Source: Catajapyx aquilonaris (taxonomy: Eukaryota). From it: 58,385 bases of DNA. This document shows, one piece after another, positions 12,401 through 27,000 of the stretch. The DNA lies in NCBI GenBank assembly GCA_000934665.2, contig KZ538002.1, forward strand, positions 310,001 to 368,385. Direction: 5' to 3'. The number at the start of each line of letters is the position of its first letter. Positions within the stretch are counted from its first letter, which is position 1. The position numbers and the translations under genes were made by a program. Below the pieces are notes generated by a model, which was given only the letters and a program-made list of their open reading frames with translations, was not told where the DNA came from and made no database searches.

Positions 12401-15400
12401 TTGCGGCATGAAAATGTTTACATTCCTATTTCCCCAAATGAAATAGGTTTGCCAATAGAATGCGGGGCCCGCAATCCATTCGGGTTGCAATGCACAAAAT
12501 CGAGCCTTTTTTCGCACGAAAAAGGTCCGTTTCCTCCCTCTAAAAGCTCAATCAAAAAACGGAATTTCAATCCTCCCCCATCTACCAATAAATTCCTACC
12601 CATCCCCACCTCCCACCGCTATTTTTCTATGACGTAACTGGCCCTGATTTACACATGTGGAGCGGCAAGATGACGCGTTCTACTAACAAGATAGTTGGCC
12701 CTCCCAGACAAGGGTGTATTAATTAGCGTCCGATTGGACTAATGTTAATTGCCGGGGATAAAGCAAAGGGTGTTTTTTTGAAAAAAGGCTAGAAAAAAAT
12801 ATATCTGGGCTCCTGTGGCTGGTTGTGGGAGGATTTGAAAGGCTTTTTCCAGCCAAACTCGGAATGTAGTCAAGCCGGACTGGATCCTAAATTCTCCTTG
12901 GCCAGGCACTCGTTCGACTGGGGCACAGACCAGAATTTTTATTTCGGTGTCGTGATCTGAAACGAGGCGGGGATTTTTTTTCGGCTTCTTGAGAACAAAT
13001 TGGAATCGCCTACGTGAAGTAATAACAAGAGTAAGATCACCAGATAGGGAGTTCCTGCAATTACATTACACATTAAATGAAAAAAAAAACTGTCTGGAGT
13101 CCTTCAATCCATCCATATAAGAGTCTCGAATTAAACAGTTTAGTGTGTTTACATGTCAGCATCGAAATTGCCTCGTCCCTCAGGGTCACTCAGGGTCGTG
13201 GTACAAGGACACCGGTTTAGTAGGACTAACCTCCAAAGAGGCTGCTACCAGACTTACGAACCTGCTAGCCTCCTACTAGGTCCCTACTCGTCACAACTCG
13301 CTTACAGCCCCATCTATAGTGGATGAGGGTGTCAGTGTTTATCGTACTGTACAAGAAAGTACTTTTGTAACGAACCGTAATGTTTGTGTAATTTCTCACA
13401 AATCTACTGACACATGTTTTAACCATGTGGAAATAGTTTCGAATTTATGATAGAAGTGGGAGGCACTGTTTACATTTCTGCATCCGAATGGCCACGTAAA
13501 TTGACCCTTTAGGTCTCTTGCCATATCTTTTCAACTGTTATGATTCTAGATCCTGCCAGAAAAATTAATTTTGGTCCCCGGTATTTATGCTGAGATGATG
13601 CCATTCCTGGGTCCATAAGTTTTGGGCATAACCTGACTGCTGAAAAGACGGCCTGACCTCTGGCCTGACTAGCAGTAAATCCCTCGGGATTCATATCTTC
13701 CCTCCACCTTCCCCCACCCTCCCTCCGCCCCATATCTTTTGCGGAATGCGTCGAAAACTACAGCCTTATTTACAATTCGAATTGGTATTAATGCGAGTTT
13801 AGGAGAGATTTACGTGATGGCCCTCGTGCGAGAAGAGAAAAGAACACAGCCAGAAAAGTAATCTCGACCTAAGACCGCTTGGTTCCCCAGACTATTTAGT
13901 GCCCAGTTGTAAATTACTTCAAAGGTTATATTATAGTCGGTAGTAATGAAAATTTAGGAGCAAGTTACAGATGGAAAACCGCAACCACCGCCTCGAAAAC
14001 TCTTGAAAACCATTTTTGAGGCGGCGTTTGTCATTTGATAAGCAAACATTTCCATAAATATAGCGCCAGGAGGAGAGACTTAGTGATGCCATAATTTGGA
14101 GAAATCCTTCCCGATTTTAACTATCAACAAATCACCCTGTTAATGGGTTGCGGGAGATTAGTAGTCCCCACGTCAAGCCCCCAGAGCTTGTCGATGCCCA
14201 ACTTTTACAGGCTAAAAGTTAACTAAATGTATTGGGCCTCGTTTGCATGCAGGACTTAAATGTCCGGAAAAAAAACCATGTTGTCTCATTCCAGGAAGGG
14301 TTCTATAAATGACACCCGGCCGGTTGTTAAAACCACGTTTTATGCGCACTTTTTTTTCAGACCGCGTTTTTTAACGGGTGTCATTTGCGGCCGACTTATC
14401 CGTCTCTATTAGAGCCAAATACTTTGTGGAACCCACTGACAAAATCTGCGCCTAGTTTTTTTTCTATCTATAGGTACAACAGCCATTTTGTGCTCTCCCG
14501 CTGGTGGTTACTATTTAGAAATCCCACCCGAGACGAACTCCATACAAAGAAAATCCAAGAAGTTGCGCACCCCATTATCCGCACTATCACCAATCTAGGG
14601 AAGTGCATAACCCTGACTGATGAGGTGAAGATGAGCCCGTTCATTTCCGAGCTCTTGATGAGAAATGCTTCTGATTCTAATTGTACCTGAAATAGGTGGC
14701 TTTGGTACCATTCCCACCGCCGTTACTGCTCTCTAAAGTTCCACTCATTACCGCCAGGACTCGGATTTCAAAGTTGAGGTTTGGGCACAGGGTCAGAACT
14801 ATAGGCATGACCTGGCTCCACACCTCATCGGTCACCACACAGAATGGCGGCGGGGGGTGGCGGGGGAGGGTGGGGGGAAAAAGAGGGAATAAATCACGAG
14901 TGGCGTGTCCAAAAGGGGTTAAATGACGCTCCTTTCCTCTCGGGCCTTCCGCTCTTTTCCTGTGGGGGCCCGCCGTCCTCAAAAAGCTTTCTGCATTTTG
15001 GGGTTGGCCGCACGCGCCACTGTGCCAGGTACGAGTCATGCTTTGGTAAATAATGGCCAATTGCTTTTGCACCCCCACTACCAGCCTACCCCCCCCAACA
15101 TCCAACCACCCTTGCATGACTTTGACATCCAAAGGCGTAATCGAATGACAGACACGATTTTTGAAATGGCTGACATCTATTTTTTTATGGCCAAAGAAGT
15201 GTACTTACAGTGTGGGTACAAACATGTGTCACGAACTTTGGACGTGTCACAGCCTGGGGCTTGCTGTGCGAGGGCGGGGAAGAGATTTGTCGTGTGCATG
15301 CGACTCTTTTGAGCTGATCTGATGGCATATGCTCATAATGCATGCAGTCACATATCGAAATCGTTCAAAGAGGGTTTTTTTGGGCAAATAATGGCGATGA

Positions 15401-16457
15401 CCAGTTGGCTGCTTTACCGGCTGGTTTTTTTTCTGTACGCTTTTCTGGCTCAGTAACTTTGTTGAATTAGTGAGGCTCGTTAGCGCTTCCCATGGTAAAT
15501 CCTCTTGCGTGAGCAAAGGGCAGGGCCAAAAGATGCGATATATTTAATCTCTCTCAAAAATTTTTCATACCTTCACCCACCTGATAATAACATTTCTCCT
15601 TCCCCTTTGAATTTTTTATCACTTTCCTCCCCCCTTTTCCTGCCGATTCTTTGATCTCTCACTCTTGTCATCCATAATCAACTTTCTGCTCAAAAAATTA
15701 ATAACGCACAGGAAACTTAAATTTCCAACAAGATTTACTGCCTGCGATTCCCTTATGCTGGGTGAAGGCGTTCACGGCGATGCCTTAATAACCGGTTGTT
15801 AACGTTTGCCTAAGTCGGGTCTCAGGCTCACAGAGGAAGCGGCGCTCTTCATTTTGAAAAAAAAATCGTGTTATCCGGTACATCTGTGTCACTTGAACAA
15901 ATGATACCTTTGGTACCGCTCACACCTTCTCAATTTTTGATGAGGGTAAACACAGGTTGGAGGAACTCGATTTGCAAATGGCGAAAATCGAAAGTACAGG
16001 CTTTCAATTAGTGTCAGAAGTTGGGTCCATAAAGCATGAGATGTCTGGACAAGTACTTGTGTCTAGACGCCGAATAATTTTTTTTTGTGGTGGGCTTGGG
16101 GGGTGTTAATTCGACCATGTGCATTCTGACCACATAGTTAGCGAGGTGAGAATTACAGCCTAACCTTTTCCCCATTTTTTAAGCGATTCTTCTGGGAATG
16201 TTAATCCTTCTGTTTCACGTCGAATGGGTTTTAATCGGTGGGATCTTTTCAACACCTTGCGTGGGGAATGAGAAAAAAAAGTCCAGTTTTGTTGGCCACC
16301 ACCATCGTTATTTACCTCGCGGGTTCCTATCCTCACATGTAACGCTTTTTTTGCCCTGTAAAAACGACCAAGAACTTTGAACCCAACTAATGAGCCTCGC
16401 CATATCTTGATGACCTTTGAAATCCTTCCTGCATATGAAATGAGAATCACAATCAAC

Positions 16458-16503
16458 TTTTATTTATTTATTTATTATTTATTTATTTATTTATTTATTT
16501 TTT
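16458..16503. repeat. (TTTA)n microsatellite, one interruption
   Basis: Directly visible tetranucleotide run. Confidence 0.9.
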
Positions 16504-19500
16504 AGTGCAAGGTCAAATCATTGCCTCGGGATATTTTTTAGACTTTGTGGATTTTTCCGGCATTGAAATTATTTACAGTACAAATTTTGTAAAACTGATG
16601 TTTGATGTGTCGTTATGCTCAAAAAAAATTCCGGAACACTGTTTTTGAATATGGTTTGGTTTTGATAACGACCTCCTCACATGTTGATACCCTTCGATCA
16701 TCAAACCATTTTGAAACAATTACAGCTTTGTTAGTGATCTATGATGACAAACCGGAGGCAACGTTGAATATGAAAACACAGGCTACTAATGGTGTTGAAG
16801 TAGGGAGGGGGGGGTGCTTTGTTGGGTTGATTATACGAATTTTCAAATATGATGTGAGGTGGGTGCTGGGTAGAGGGTGGTGGGAGTGATATAAAAGTCC
16901 GTGCCGTTGGTATGGAAATCCTGTAGATCCCATCTTTTTTTTCTTCTCTTCTCTTCATTCATCCCAGAAAAGAGGTTCCATAAGACTCAAGAGCGAACAC
17001 ACTTTCCTCAGCGTGGCTTTGCTTCAAATTGCAACCCACCCCCACCCTACTTTCGATAACCTCACGCCTCTCGGTTATCTGTCACCCGGCAGCCCAATAC
17101 TTGCGGGGCAGATCTGTCGATGAAACCACCTTGAAATTGATCCTCAGAAAAAGAAGGAAAAAAAGAAGAGGGGGGGGGGTGTAGGATAGGGGGGAAAAAG
17201 TGGCTCTCACCATCAAAAAGCGAGCGCCTGACATCAGCACAAAATTAAAGTATTTGCTATTCAAACATAGAAGCGAGTCGCATATTCGATTTGCACACAA
17301 TACTTATCCCTCCCCTTCCACCCCCCTCTGAACTTATTGATCCTGTCCCTCTTTCAGCATGTGAAATATTGGGTTGGAATATAAGGCAGCACTTGATGGG
17401 TCTCTAGAAAAGGGGTTTTTCTTGGCGGAAAAGCAACTTCGGGAGTCCATTTGGCCGGATTGGTGGGAGGGTGTGGGGGAAGGAATGATGTCAAAATCAA
17501 TAGAAATGTGACATGGTTTGAATGCCTCATCCGGAGATGATCTCCTGGGGCATCTCATCCTCCACTGGGAGAGATGAGAGCTAACTGATGGCGTGCATCT
17601 GATCCTTACTGCCATGGCCCCTGATTATGTCTTCCAAGTTTGGTGCCTCCAGGTTCCTGATATTCGCTACCCGTGGGTCAGATATTAACCAATTAGAGTC
17701 ACCTCTATGCACATATGGATTCGAGCCATATTTCCCTCTGTTATACCAGCTCTTTGATCTCTCCATAAAAATGGAACATACTAATGGGTGGCAATAAGTG
17801 ATAAATAACAATGATTCCGGAGCGGTGGATTTGACATTTGCAAGCGCGAGTACCCAAGGCTTCGGGGGGAGAATTAGAGAGGGGGGGGGGGTTGCTTTTT
17901 GCCTCTGATTTCACCCACACACCCGGAAAACCCACAACCCAACAAGTCTGGCTCTCAGAATAAACAGCAAAAGCTAGAGCGCTCAATTGCACGTCAGCGC
18001 AAAACGTTGACGGAAACCCCCACCCGGATTTTCCCCCGGACTAAACTCTGCCTAACACTCTTGTCGGCTACAAATTACCGTTTGCACACCGCAACCTCTA
18101 GGTTAATTACCACATCACACACACATACGCACCCCTGAAAAAAAGAGTCCTGCAAAAATATATCTTAACGTTTTTGTGTGTGTGTGTTTGCTTTTTTTCA
18201 AAAAACTTATATGCCTGTTAAACGGTTCCAATCTCATTGCGGTTCTCCAATTTTTTTCCTTCTTAAAAATGATGATGGAGGCGCAACTATATCAACAATA
18301 GTACTAAGTGGGTTGTGTATATATCGGGCGTTGATGGAACCAGTCCGTCCGGCTCCCTAGTTTCTCCTTTCAGCTCCCGGATAATTGCCGGATAAGAGAA
18401 GGACAAAGAGTGCTTTTCCTCCGAGAGTTACTCCGGCGGTGGTGGAAGCAAAATGAATCTTTTCATGTCTTTTCTCCCCTCCTTTGTAGGGCAGCAGGGG
18501 TAGGGGGCCCCCGCCCTCCGGATTTGAAACCCAGAAGAAGAGAATTCACATTTGTCAAATATAAATACTACCTCTATTTGGGATCGCTTTTCATGTTTTA
18601 TTTCAATAAGCGGTCTGAATAGAAGCCCGGCGTCTACACATCGCCGGAGAAAGACGGGTTTGCCTACAAAGGGAAAGTCTAAAAGCACTTGCTGCCGTTT
18701 CCGCCGCGTAAAAGGCCCAGTCTTACAATGCAGACATATCAAATGTGAGTAGAAAGAGAACTGGGCCTGGGTTTTATTGACATCAAAAAGTTTTCCCTTC
18801 CACTTTTTTAGATTAAAGGAAATGCAATTTGAAACCCTTGCATATTTAAAATAAGACTTTTGTTCCCCTTTTGTCTCAAGAATAAACAAAAGTAATATCT
18901 ATTTGAAAGCTTTTCCTCGGCAAACGAGCATTGATAATCTTGAAAGGACTTTTTCGTGGGGGGGAAAGATAATGGAGCCATTTTTTACATACCCAACCGC
19001 CATACAATGAATGACTTTTTTTTATCCATCTTTCAGTCGGATGAAGCCATTTTAAGACGCCAATTACATCTAGCCTTATTTTTGCTAATTACCTTCCTTG
19101 TTTGAACACCGTGAGAAAAATAAGACACGCAGCATCACTCCTGGGGGCCTCTGAATTGATGAGCAGATCCCCCTGCAGCCTCCCGAATGCAGTTACCCGT
19201 AAATAGTGTATAAAAGCGGGATATGATCCCCCCTCCTCTCCCTTGGATCCCATGTTTCTTTTGGCCGTGAAGAGTCGCGCGGATGAGTCTATCACCCAGG
19301 AGCCGATGCTCATAACCGGAATCATTTGGCACAAATCCCCCGGAACCCAAATCAAATTTTATTGCTGCGATTCCCCATTTTCTGTCGAACGTGTCAGGCA
19401 CCGGGGAGGGGAGGGCCATATGGAGGGAGGGGGAAGGAGGAGAAGAAATTCCCAGAAATTTATATGTAGTTTTTTAAAGGGGGGTCGTGGAAAAGTGCAC

Positions 19501-20484
19501 AGGTCAGGAGACGCCAACATTGTTTCAAACGGAGGCAGAATTTTGATTGAAGCGAGAGCGTCGGTGGGGGATGGAGGAGGTGGGAGGGGAGGGGGGGACA
19601 GTTTCCATCTTGGCTATAAAAGTGGGAGGGAAATTCGACAATCAGTCGGGTGGTGTCCTCAGGGGGCAGGGCAATCAGCCTTTTTTTCTGGGGGATGAGA
19701 AAGGTCGTCTTTACATCCCTCTGTCGCCCTCCCCCTTTCCCTCCCCCCTCCCTCCCCCCTGAAATGCGATTTGGTCAGCGGCCGGATTGGAGAGCAAATG
19801 CAGTTAGGGAAAGGTTCCCCGGATTTGTCTCCCACCCGCCCACCCAAGGGGTCAGGTGTCATCCAAAGCGTGATGAAACGAATCTGTGAGAGTGAATATT
19901 GATTCATTGGACAGGGTTTCTGGCAAGATTGAGGACGGTCCCTTCACCTCCAGGCCATCCGAGGTATGGAGGGGGACCGTCCAGTCCAATATGAAGCGTA
20001 CCACTGACTTACACATGGCCCAAAATTCAATGAGCCCAACCCTCCGCCATATACATTTGACTAGAATGTTCCTCCAGGCATGGATAGGCAATTATTTGGA
20101 AGGGACCAGCAGGGTGACGTGCAATCCATGGAGAATTGGCAATATTGTTGCGAGTGGTAAAGTGCGAGGGGGGAGACTCCTTACAGGACCTTTTCCAAAA
20201 CAACCCAATGTGCGCCAGAGTGCACCTTTGTGCCCGAGTCCGGAACGCTGCAAGTGGGTTGTTCACCAGAGCCAGTAATGTCATTACCATGGCTTGCTAG
20301 TTGCAGCCCTCCCCGCTTCCGAAGATGCCCACAAAACTGTATGCCCTCCTCCCACCTCCTCCCCTGCACTTTGTATGGCTGCAGTTGCCATGCCCAACTC
20401 TGTCTTGATCCCTATACTGGGTAGCGTCAAGTGACGGTGACGTTCGAGGGCTTTGCTGCTGGGCCTCTCTCATTCCTTCCGGAC

Positions 20485-20535
20485 ACGGCCGCTAGAGCGT
20501 CACTTCCTAAACGGCCGCCAGAGCGTCGCTACCTA
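20485..20535. repeat. tandem duplication with 26-bp period
   Basis: acggccgctagagcgtcacttccta versus acggccgccagagcgtcgctaccta (22/25 identical). Confidence 0.8.
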
Positions 20536-21485
20536 CCTACACAATTTTTCTTCCAAATTCACGACCGCACCTGCCTCTCTAGGAGTACAGTGGTAAAGAT
20601 TCGATGGTTTTTCCTCCATGTATCATCGTGATAGAGGCAAAATGGACCAGGTGTGAACTAACCAGCTGCCGGTTGGCCCCCCGAAAAGACCCGCACTTGT
20701 GTTTCTTTGTGCTCTTTTCGCCACCATAATGCGCAAAATAACGTGTTTTTATAACAATCCTTCCCCCCGCACATGAAGAGTCGTGTTCGTGACTGGCGAA
20801 GAGCTTCGACCTATCATAAACTAAGTGTTAGGGATGGTTGTATGGGGACCAACCGCACGAGGGAAACCACTTAGGTTACTCCGCATTTTTGGGGGTGTAA
20901 GTGTCTTAACTAGCCTTCCCCCACTTCTTCATTTTGGTGCCCCGTCATTGACACCGCCCACACGTGACCAACAAGTGATTGAACTGGTTCGTGAAGACAC
21001 CATGAGTGATTTCTCGCCGAATGATCAAGTTACGCTGGATTGCCATTATAGGGTGGAAAGTGCCCTTTTCGGTAGTTAGCACGCTTTACGCTCGTTTCCT
21101 CAATAAAGTCTCACGATGCAGATGCTATCTGTAATTAAGAAAATTCTCTTTGCAATTTTGGCCATATCGCATGTAACGCATGCATGTCGCCAAAATAGCC
21201 ACCTTTAACGACCTTAGCACTTGCCAATTTAATCCTAGCCCTAATAGGTCCAGTACATAAAATGGAATATTGCAATTCGAGGATTCGAGGCTCTGTCCCC
21301 CCCTCCCATTCCCTTTGGAAAGACAAGCAAAAGGTCGGTGTTTTGCGTGCAAATGAACAAGTGCGCAAATCCAGGGATCCCTTTTCAGCAGCGCATAGAT
21401 TTCATGCTCCAGGAATCCGGGGGAGCCCTAGACAAATCCCCCGGACTCACAATTCGCTCCACTTGATCCAGCATTTTTATACACC

Positions 21486-21488
<3 letters not shown>

Positions 21489-21544
<56 letters not shown>
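21489..21544. repeat. (CT)28 microsatellite
   Basis: Perfect dinucleotide run. Confidence 0.99.
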
Positions 21545-21551
<7 letters not shown>

Positions 21552-23954
21552 CCTACCTACCCCCACCCAGCTCTAATCACCCACTGATGAAGCCCTACCA
21601 AATTAAATATATAGCTTCACCTGAGATAAATGCAATCCGCGCCGGGGAGCCGCCGGCCGACCGGGGAGACCTCTTTTGTTTTCCTTAATGAAACAGTCGC
21701 ACCATTTCGCGCGTCGGCAAAGAACAAAGACGACGCTGATGGTGACGAGTTCGGTCCGGCGCCGGACAAAAAAAAATACGGGAGAGAAAAAGGGCTGACC
21801 TCCTTTGTTGTCTGCCCAGCATTATTACAGTGGAAATCTTCTCCAAACGGCGGAAAATACAAACTGGCCCGTAATTACTCCCCACAATGAAAATGGCGGC
21901 CGGGGTGAAATGAGAAGAGGGGGTTATATTGAAGTAGTCCCCCACCCTCCCACCCACCCCTCTCTGCTATCCCTGGAGGCTATGGACTTACTGTAACATT
22001 GGCTACCCCACAAAAGAGGTTAAAAAATAGGTGCTGGTACAATCTGAATGGCGCCAATCGGAGCCAATCAAAATATAGGTGGCGGGCTCTTTTGAAGGAA
22101 GATTATGCTTTTTGGTGGCACAAAAGAAATCCAAAGAGGGGCCCGTGGGGGGTCATGGACTTCGGGGGGGCCTCAAAAACAAGGCTGAAAATTAGTTTGG
22201 GTGGGTGGTTAACCGAAAAACAGTGAATCGTGCCTTCTAAATATTAATCATTGCTGCCAAACCGTGGAGAATAGGCCCTCTAGCTATTTTTTATCTGCCT
22301 ATTGTTGATATTTGTGGGGCTACCATAACGAAAGATGGCGCCCGGAAAAATGTTTGATTGGGAAAGAAGCGGTTGGGATTTTTGTCACTGATGCAAACTG
22401 GGTAAGGATGAAGATATGAGTGCGCTGCGGGATCCTGGTTGGTTACCTGTCACCTTTTCTACCTCAGCTTGGGAGAGGCCCAGCAGGTGACCCGCGGATT
22501 CAAAGGGACCGCCCAAAAGGCAACTTGCGAGGATCCTGGTTTCCTGGTGCGCTTCTTTTCTCTCCCTGCAGCTCCCTCGGGACCCAATTAGGCCTACCGA
22601 TCAGCAAGAGAAGGGGCCCTGTCTAGACCCATCTTATATGGATGGGGATTTCCAACAGAACTGTTTGCCCAATTGTTACACGGACATATGATTGCGATGA
22701 ACATATGCCCATTCAATTTATTCCGGCTGAAGTTTACTAACATATACAAGTACTTTTATACAGAAATATTGCTCTCCCGATGTTGTTTTCATAATTTTAA
22801 TATGTATACAGGTTTGGAGGGGAAATCATTAAAATGTAAGTGAAACTCCGCAATAGCATCCGCTGCGAATGCAAATGCAGCAATCAATTTATTCGGGCCA
22901 ATTTTCCTGCACAATAGTTTACTTGCAGTCCGACCTCTATGTGCACACCACTATGTTCAGGATTAGCAACGAACCCAGCGGAAGTAACGAGCACTGTTTT
23001 TCAGCAAAAAAAAAGCAAAAAGTCAACAAAAACCTAACAACCTCGCATTATAGATTGACACACTCCCCCCTCACTCCCTCCCCCTCCCGGTAATTGAGTT
23101 TCTGATCAAAAAGGAGCTTGAAATAATGCAGCGGGCGTTTCAAAGAGCCTCTTTGGACCATGAAGGTCTTATCCTCCTGGAACGCCTTTAATTAGCGAGA
23201 TTCGGGGATTTTTGGACCGCTCTTATTTTTATGTCCCGGGGTGTGCCAGGCTGGTACCAGCCAGCCTGTAACATGGTGTGTATGTCACTGTCCGTCTCCG
23301 ATGTGTATATGTCCCCCTCCCGGAAAAAGTCCATCGGGATTAGGTCTTGGTAGGGATGACTCGTTCCCGATGCTTATCGTGCGAATAACGGAGCCCCAGA
23401 AATGAAATGGTCATTTTCGTCAAGGTTTCATAAAGCGGTTTACGCTTTTGCCAGTGGTCTCGGAGTGGCCGACCGTACTTTTGTAGGCCATTTCCTGCGG
23501 CGAATGGAGTCCATAACTCAGGGGCTTAATTCCACTTAATGGTACAACTGTTCCTGCCATTTCTATACCCCCCTCACCCCCAATATAAACGGAGAAGCGT
23601 AATTGGCCAGACTTCAATCGTAACCCGGACTTCTTTTTTTTATATATGGCGGGGGAAGACTTGATGTTCCTCAGGAGGATGAGTGACAGGTCAACAAGGG
23701 CACCAAATGGGCATATTTTGGCTAGTTTCGCGCCGGGATTGGATGTACCAGTTTACGGTACGACTCTAACGCGAACTAGATTGAATTTCGCGCCAACGCT
23801 AACTGCTATCTGCACGAAAGAGGGCCATGTCTTCGTTTATGGCACCCTACAGTTGTCATCTCTCAGGATGAATTGATTTAGTGATTTCATAGCCAGGTTA
23901 ACAGTTCCTTCTTCCATGTAGATTGTGCCTAATGGTGAGGTCTTATGTTTTCAG

Positions 23955-24095
23955 TTCTGTACCAGAAACGGCTGCGAAAGGAGAAGAAGGCCCGTCGCCG
24001 CCTGCAGGACCAGCTGGAAATGGAGATGAAGCGACGGACACAGTATGAAGAGGCCCTCAAGTCCACCTCGGCAGACACCCTGCGCATGCTGAATG
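23955..24095 (+). CDS. dac: dachshund coding exon B (internal, 141 nt, phase 1-1), basic coiled coil of DD2
   Basis: Acceptor tcttatgttttcag| and donor |gtgagt. Joins exon A in frame (G+TT=V) and encodes LYQKRLRKEKKARRRLQDQLEMEMKRRTQYEEALKSTSADTLRMLN, matching the DACH QKRLKKEKKAKRKLQE motif. Not shown on the + strand in the ORF track. Confidence 0.96.
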
Positions 24096-27000
24096 GTGAG
24101 TAGGCATAGGCGTCATGGGAACATAGGGCATCATATCGGCCCTCTTTCATCCCGGAGGAGCCGGCCTTTTTCTCATTGATTATCGCCATCCATATACTCC
24201 TAAGCGTCTTTTTTCGCTTACTCCATAAGTAGAAACCGGTTGGGCCAAGCCAGATTTGTGCCCTGCGTCTTTTCATCCAGGCCGTCACCGGCAAAAATTT
24301 AAATGGTGTGCTCAATATATGAGACCTATCATTATGTATCCCCGCAAGAACACAAAGCCAGTATTTTCACCCGCTATTTATGACATGCCAGCAAATGCGT
24401 TGGACACACAAAGCAGATGAAATAATGTTTATCAATACTTCATTTAGTCCATGACTGAATCGCTATATGCAGGCAAACATGTAGACAACAGAGCGTTGTG
24501 TGCACGTTTAATCAGCTCTTGTCAGGGGAAGAAATGTGCCGCAATCATGGCGACATACGTACCGTCCTTGTGTCATTTGCATGCCCACACCACAGCATTT
24601 TTTGCACGCTGCCCTTTTTTAGGTTTCCAGTCTAGAAATATGTGTGCCAGTAGTCTCCAAAGTTGGGACAAGAAATGGATATTATCAGGCATTTGTAGTA
24701 TGTACAAATTGATCGTAAAATTAGTGAATAAAATTGATGAATATTCAATCTGTCAGTAACATTTACTTGATCACATATAATGAGGGTGTGTCATACAGGA
24801 ATATGTCTTGAAAATGTAGGTTACGAAGCGAAACAATCGACTTTTTGCGAAAGTGCACTATCTACGTATCTGACAAATAAAGAAATCCCAAAGCACACGA
24901 CAGTATTTAACCGACCTTCGGGTCACGACTACCAGTCCGAAATCGGTCGGGTGACCAGTTTAGGTATTTTTTGTGCGCACCTTATGTCCGTCATTCGGTG
25001 CTTAGAAAAGCACCGTCAGCAGAGAGATGTTAACTGCAAATTGTATATAATTTACCGTCTCATATCATAAAGCGAGGGGCATTGTTCGGTTTCAAAGCCA
25101 CTTCTCGTTAAACCTGTCCTATTCCGTATGAAACACGTTTCCCAGAGCCCCTTTCGTGCTCGGTCGTAGGAAACAGAAGAATTTTTCCATCGCCAGCCTG
25201 CATGGAGCGGGGATGGAAAAAGAAAAAGGGAACGATTACCACGACGTGATAATAGTTACAACCCCCCCGGTTTTTTTAATGAGGACTGAACGAGGTAGTG
25301 CACACAAGTGGCAGTTGCTGCAACGCATACTTTTTCGTAGAGAAACCTGTAGGACAAGGGGAGATATTGGGGAGGGTTGGGGTGGGATGGAGATAAGTGT
25401 ATCTTAATAATAATTGCCGGGGCCTTATCATCCAATCAAGAGAGTGCACGACTCGTATTGCCGTGATTTGATGCAAAAAAAATAAGTAGCCAAACTGGTA
25501 AACGTCTCGAAATGTGTGTGAGACCAGCGATATGGGAGGAGAGAGAAAGAGAAAAAAAGGCAGGGATCCAGCTGCATATCAAATCTCGCTGGTGGTATGG
25601 TCACGCACTGGAATGTGTGGTTCCATCCACCATAATCACGTGAAAGAACTTGTAGCCGCTTTGTTTGAGTGTGTATATGGAAGGTGCTCCAATGAATATC
25701 ACAAAAAATTCTCGCTATAACAAGAATTACACGGAGGCTGAGTTTGTATTTTGATTTTCTGGCCTGATTCCACCCAATCTGCCTCTGTAGTGGACTGTCC
25801 GGCAACCACATGGTTTCAGTAACTATACAAATAATTTGCCAAATTCAATACCAGTCACAAAATGACAAAATTTTAGAACATAATTTATTTGTGCACATAA
25901 GGAACAATTTATGGCATCGACGATTGCTTTAAAAAAATTAATTCCGACATTGCATAACCACAAATTGGAAGTGGTACATATTTGTATGTGAACCGCATAG
26001 TGGTGTCGTACCTGCACAAGTGTCCCTCTGGTGCGAGAGGGGCTTCTTCTAGTGGAACAAAATCTTCCAAAATTTCCACCGTGTGGCCTCCTCCCCTAAT
26101 TAAATGGGCCGGGAGTAATGCAGACCACTCAAAGTGATTATATTTGCCAATATGAAGGGAGGTGGGGAGGGAGGGTGTGGAGCAGCGGAGACCGGTCCTC
26201 ATATCCCCTGCACATACACTAGACACTGTGCATGGGATGGAATAACAAAGTTAGGAAGCCTCCCATAGTGGAAACTTTGCTGTTGGCGTAATCCTCTGTT
26301 CCTCCGACACACTCATATTCCGCCAAGTTGCGGCAATTCCTGATGGCTTCCATTGAATAGACGGTCGCCCCGGATCCCCGCAACAGCATTATGGACTGCT
26401 ACCTATAGGAAAAGCAGTGATCGAGCACGCTTTCATTGGCTGGGCTAGGAGGAGGTGGAGGAGGAGTGCCCCCCCCCCCTCCTCCCTGGAATTGCATAGT
26501 CTGCTGCCTGCCTGACTATACGATATGCTATGCACCGCCTTTGCTGGCTCTAATAAAGCTCTAAGTCCAAGGATGGGGATCAGCTTCTAATCACAGCCGC
26601 GCTTCACTAACAACTCCTAATTTTACTTCGGGTCTGGAGGGGATTTCAATCATGGCCTGCAAGAGTTTTCTCACGCAAAAATCTAATCGGCCTTGCGCCA
26701 CCCACTTTCCTGCAAGTTGGCTACCAAATGTAACATTGTAATCCTGTAAAATGGGAAAGCGCGCAGTTGGGAAAATTTTCTTGGACATAATTATTCCCCA
26801 AGCACGACGGCTCTTATAGAATTAGAAAGGATGCTCCTGCAAAGGACCCAAAACCACTCCCGGATTACTCCGAATTCAGTTGGAGCTTTCCGGGTGTTGT
26901 AATAAGGGCGCAAAGTCCGCACCGGTCAGTCTGAGAAACTTATCCCGGTGGCCACTTCATACATATCGGATTGATAAATTATTCCTTGGCACAGATGCCG

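Larger units (their letters stand above)
5149..23954 (+). other. dac: dac intron A-B (18,806 nt, GT-AG)
   Basis: Defined by gtaagt at 5149 and ttttcag ending at 23954; the reading frame is preserved across the junction. Confidence 0.9.

Noticed and set aside
23929..24315. 128-aa minus-strand ORF
   Set aside because: Antisense shadow of dac exon B; the recognisable protein and splice sites are on the + strand.
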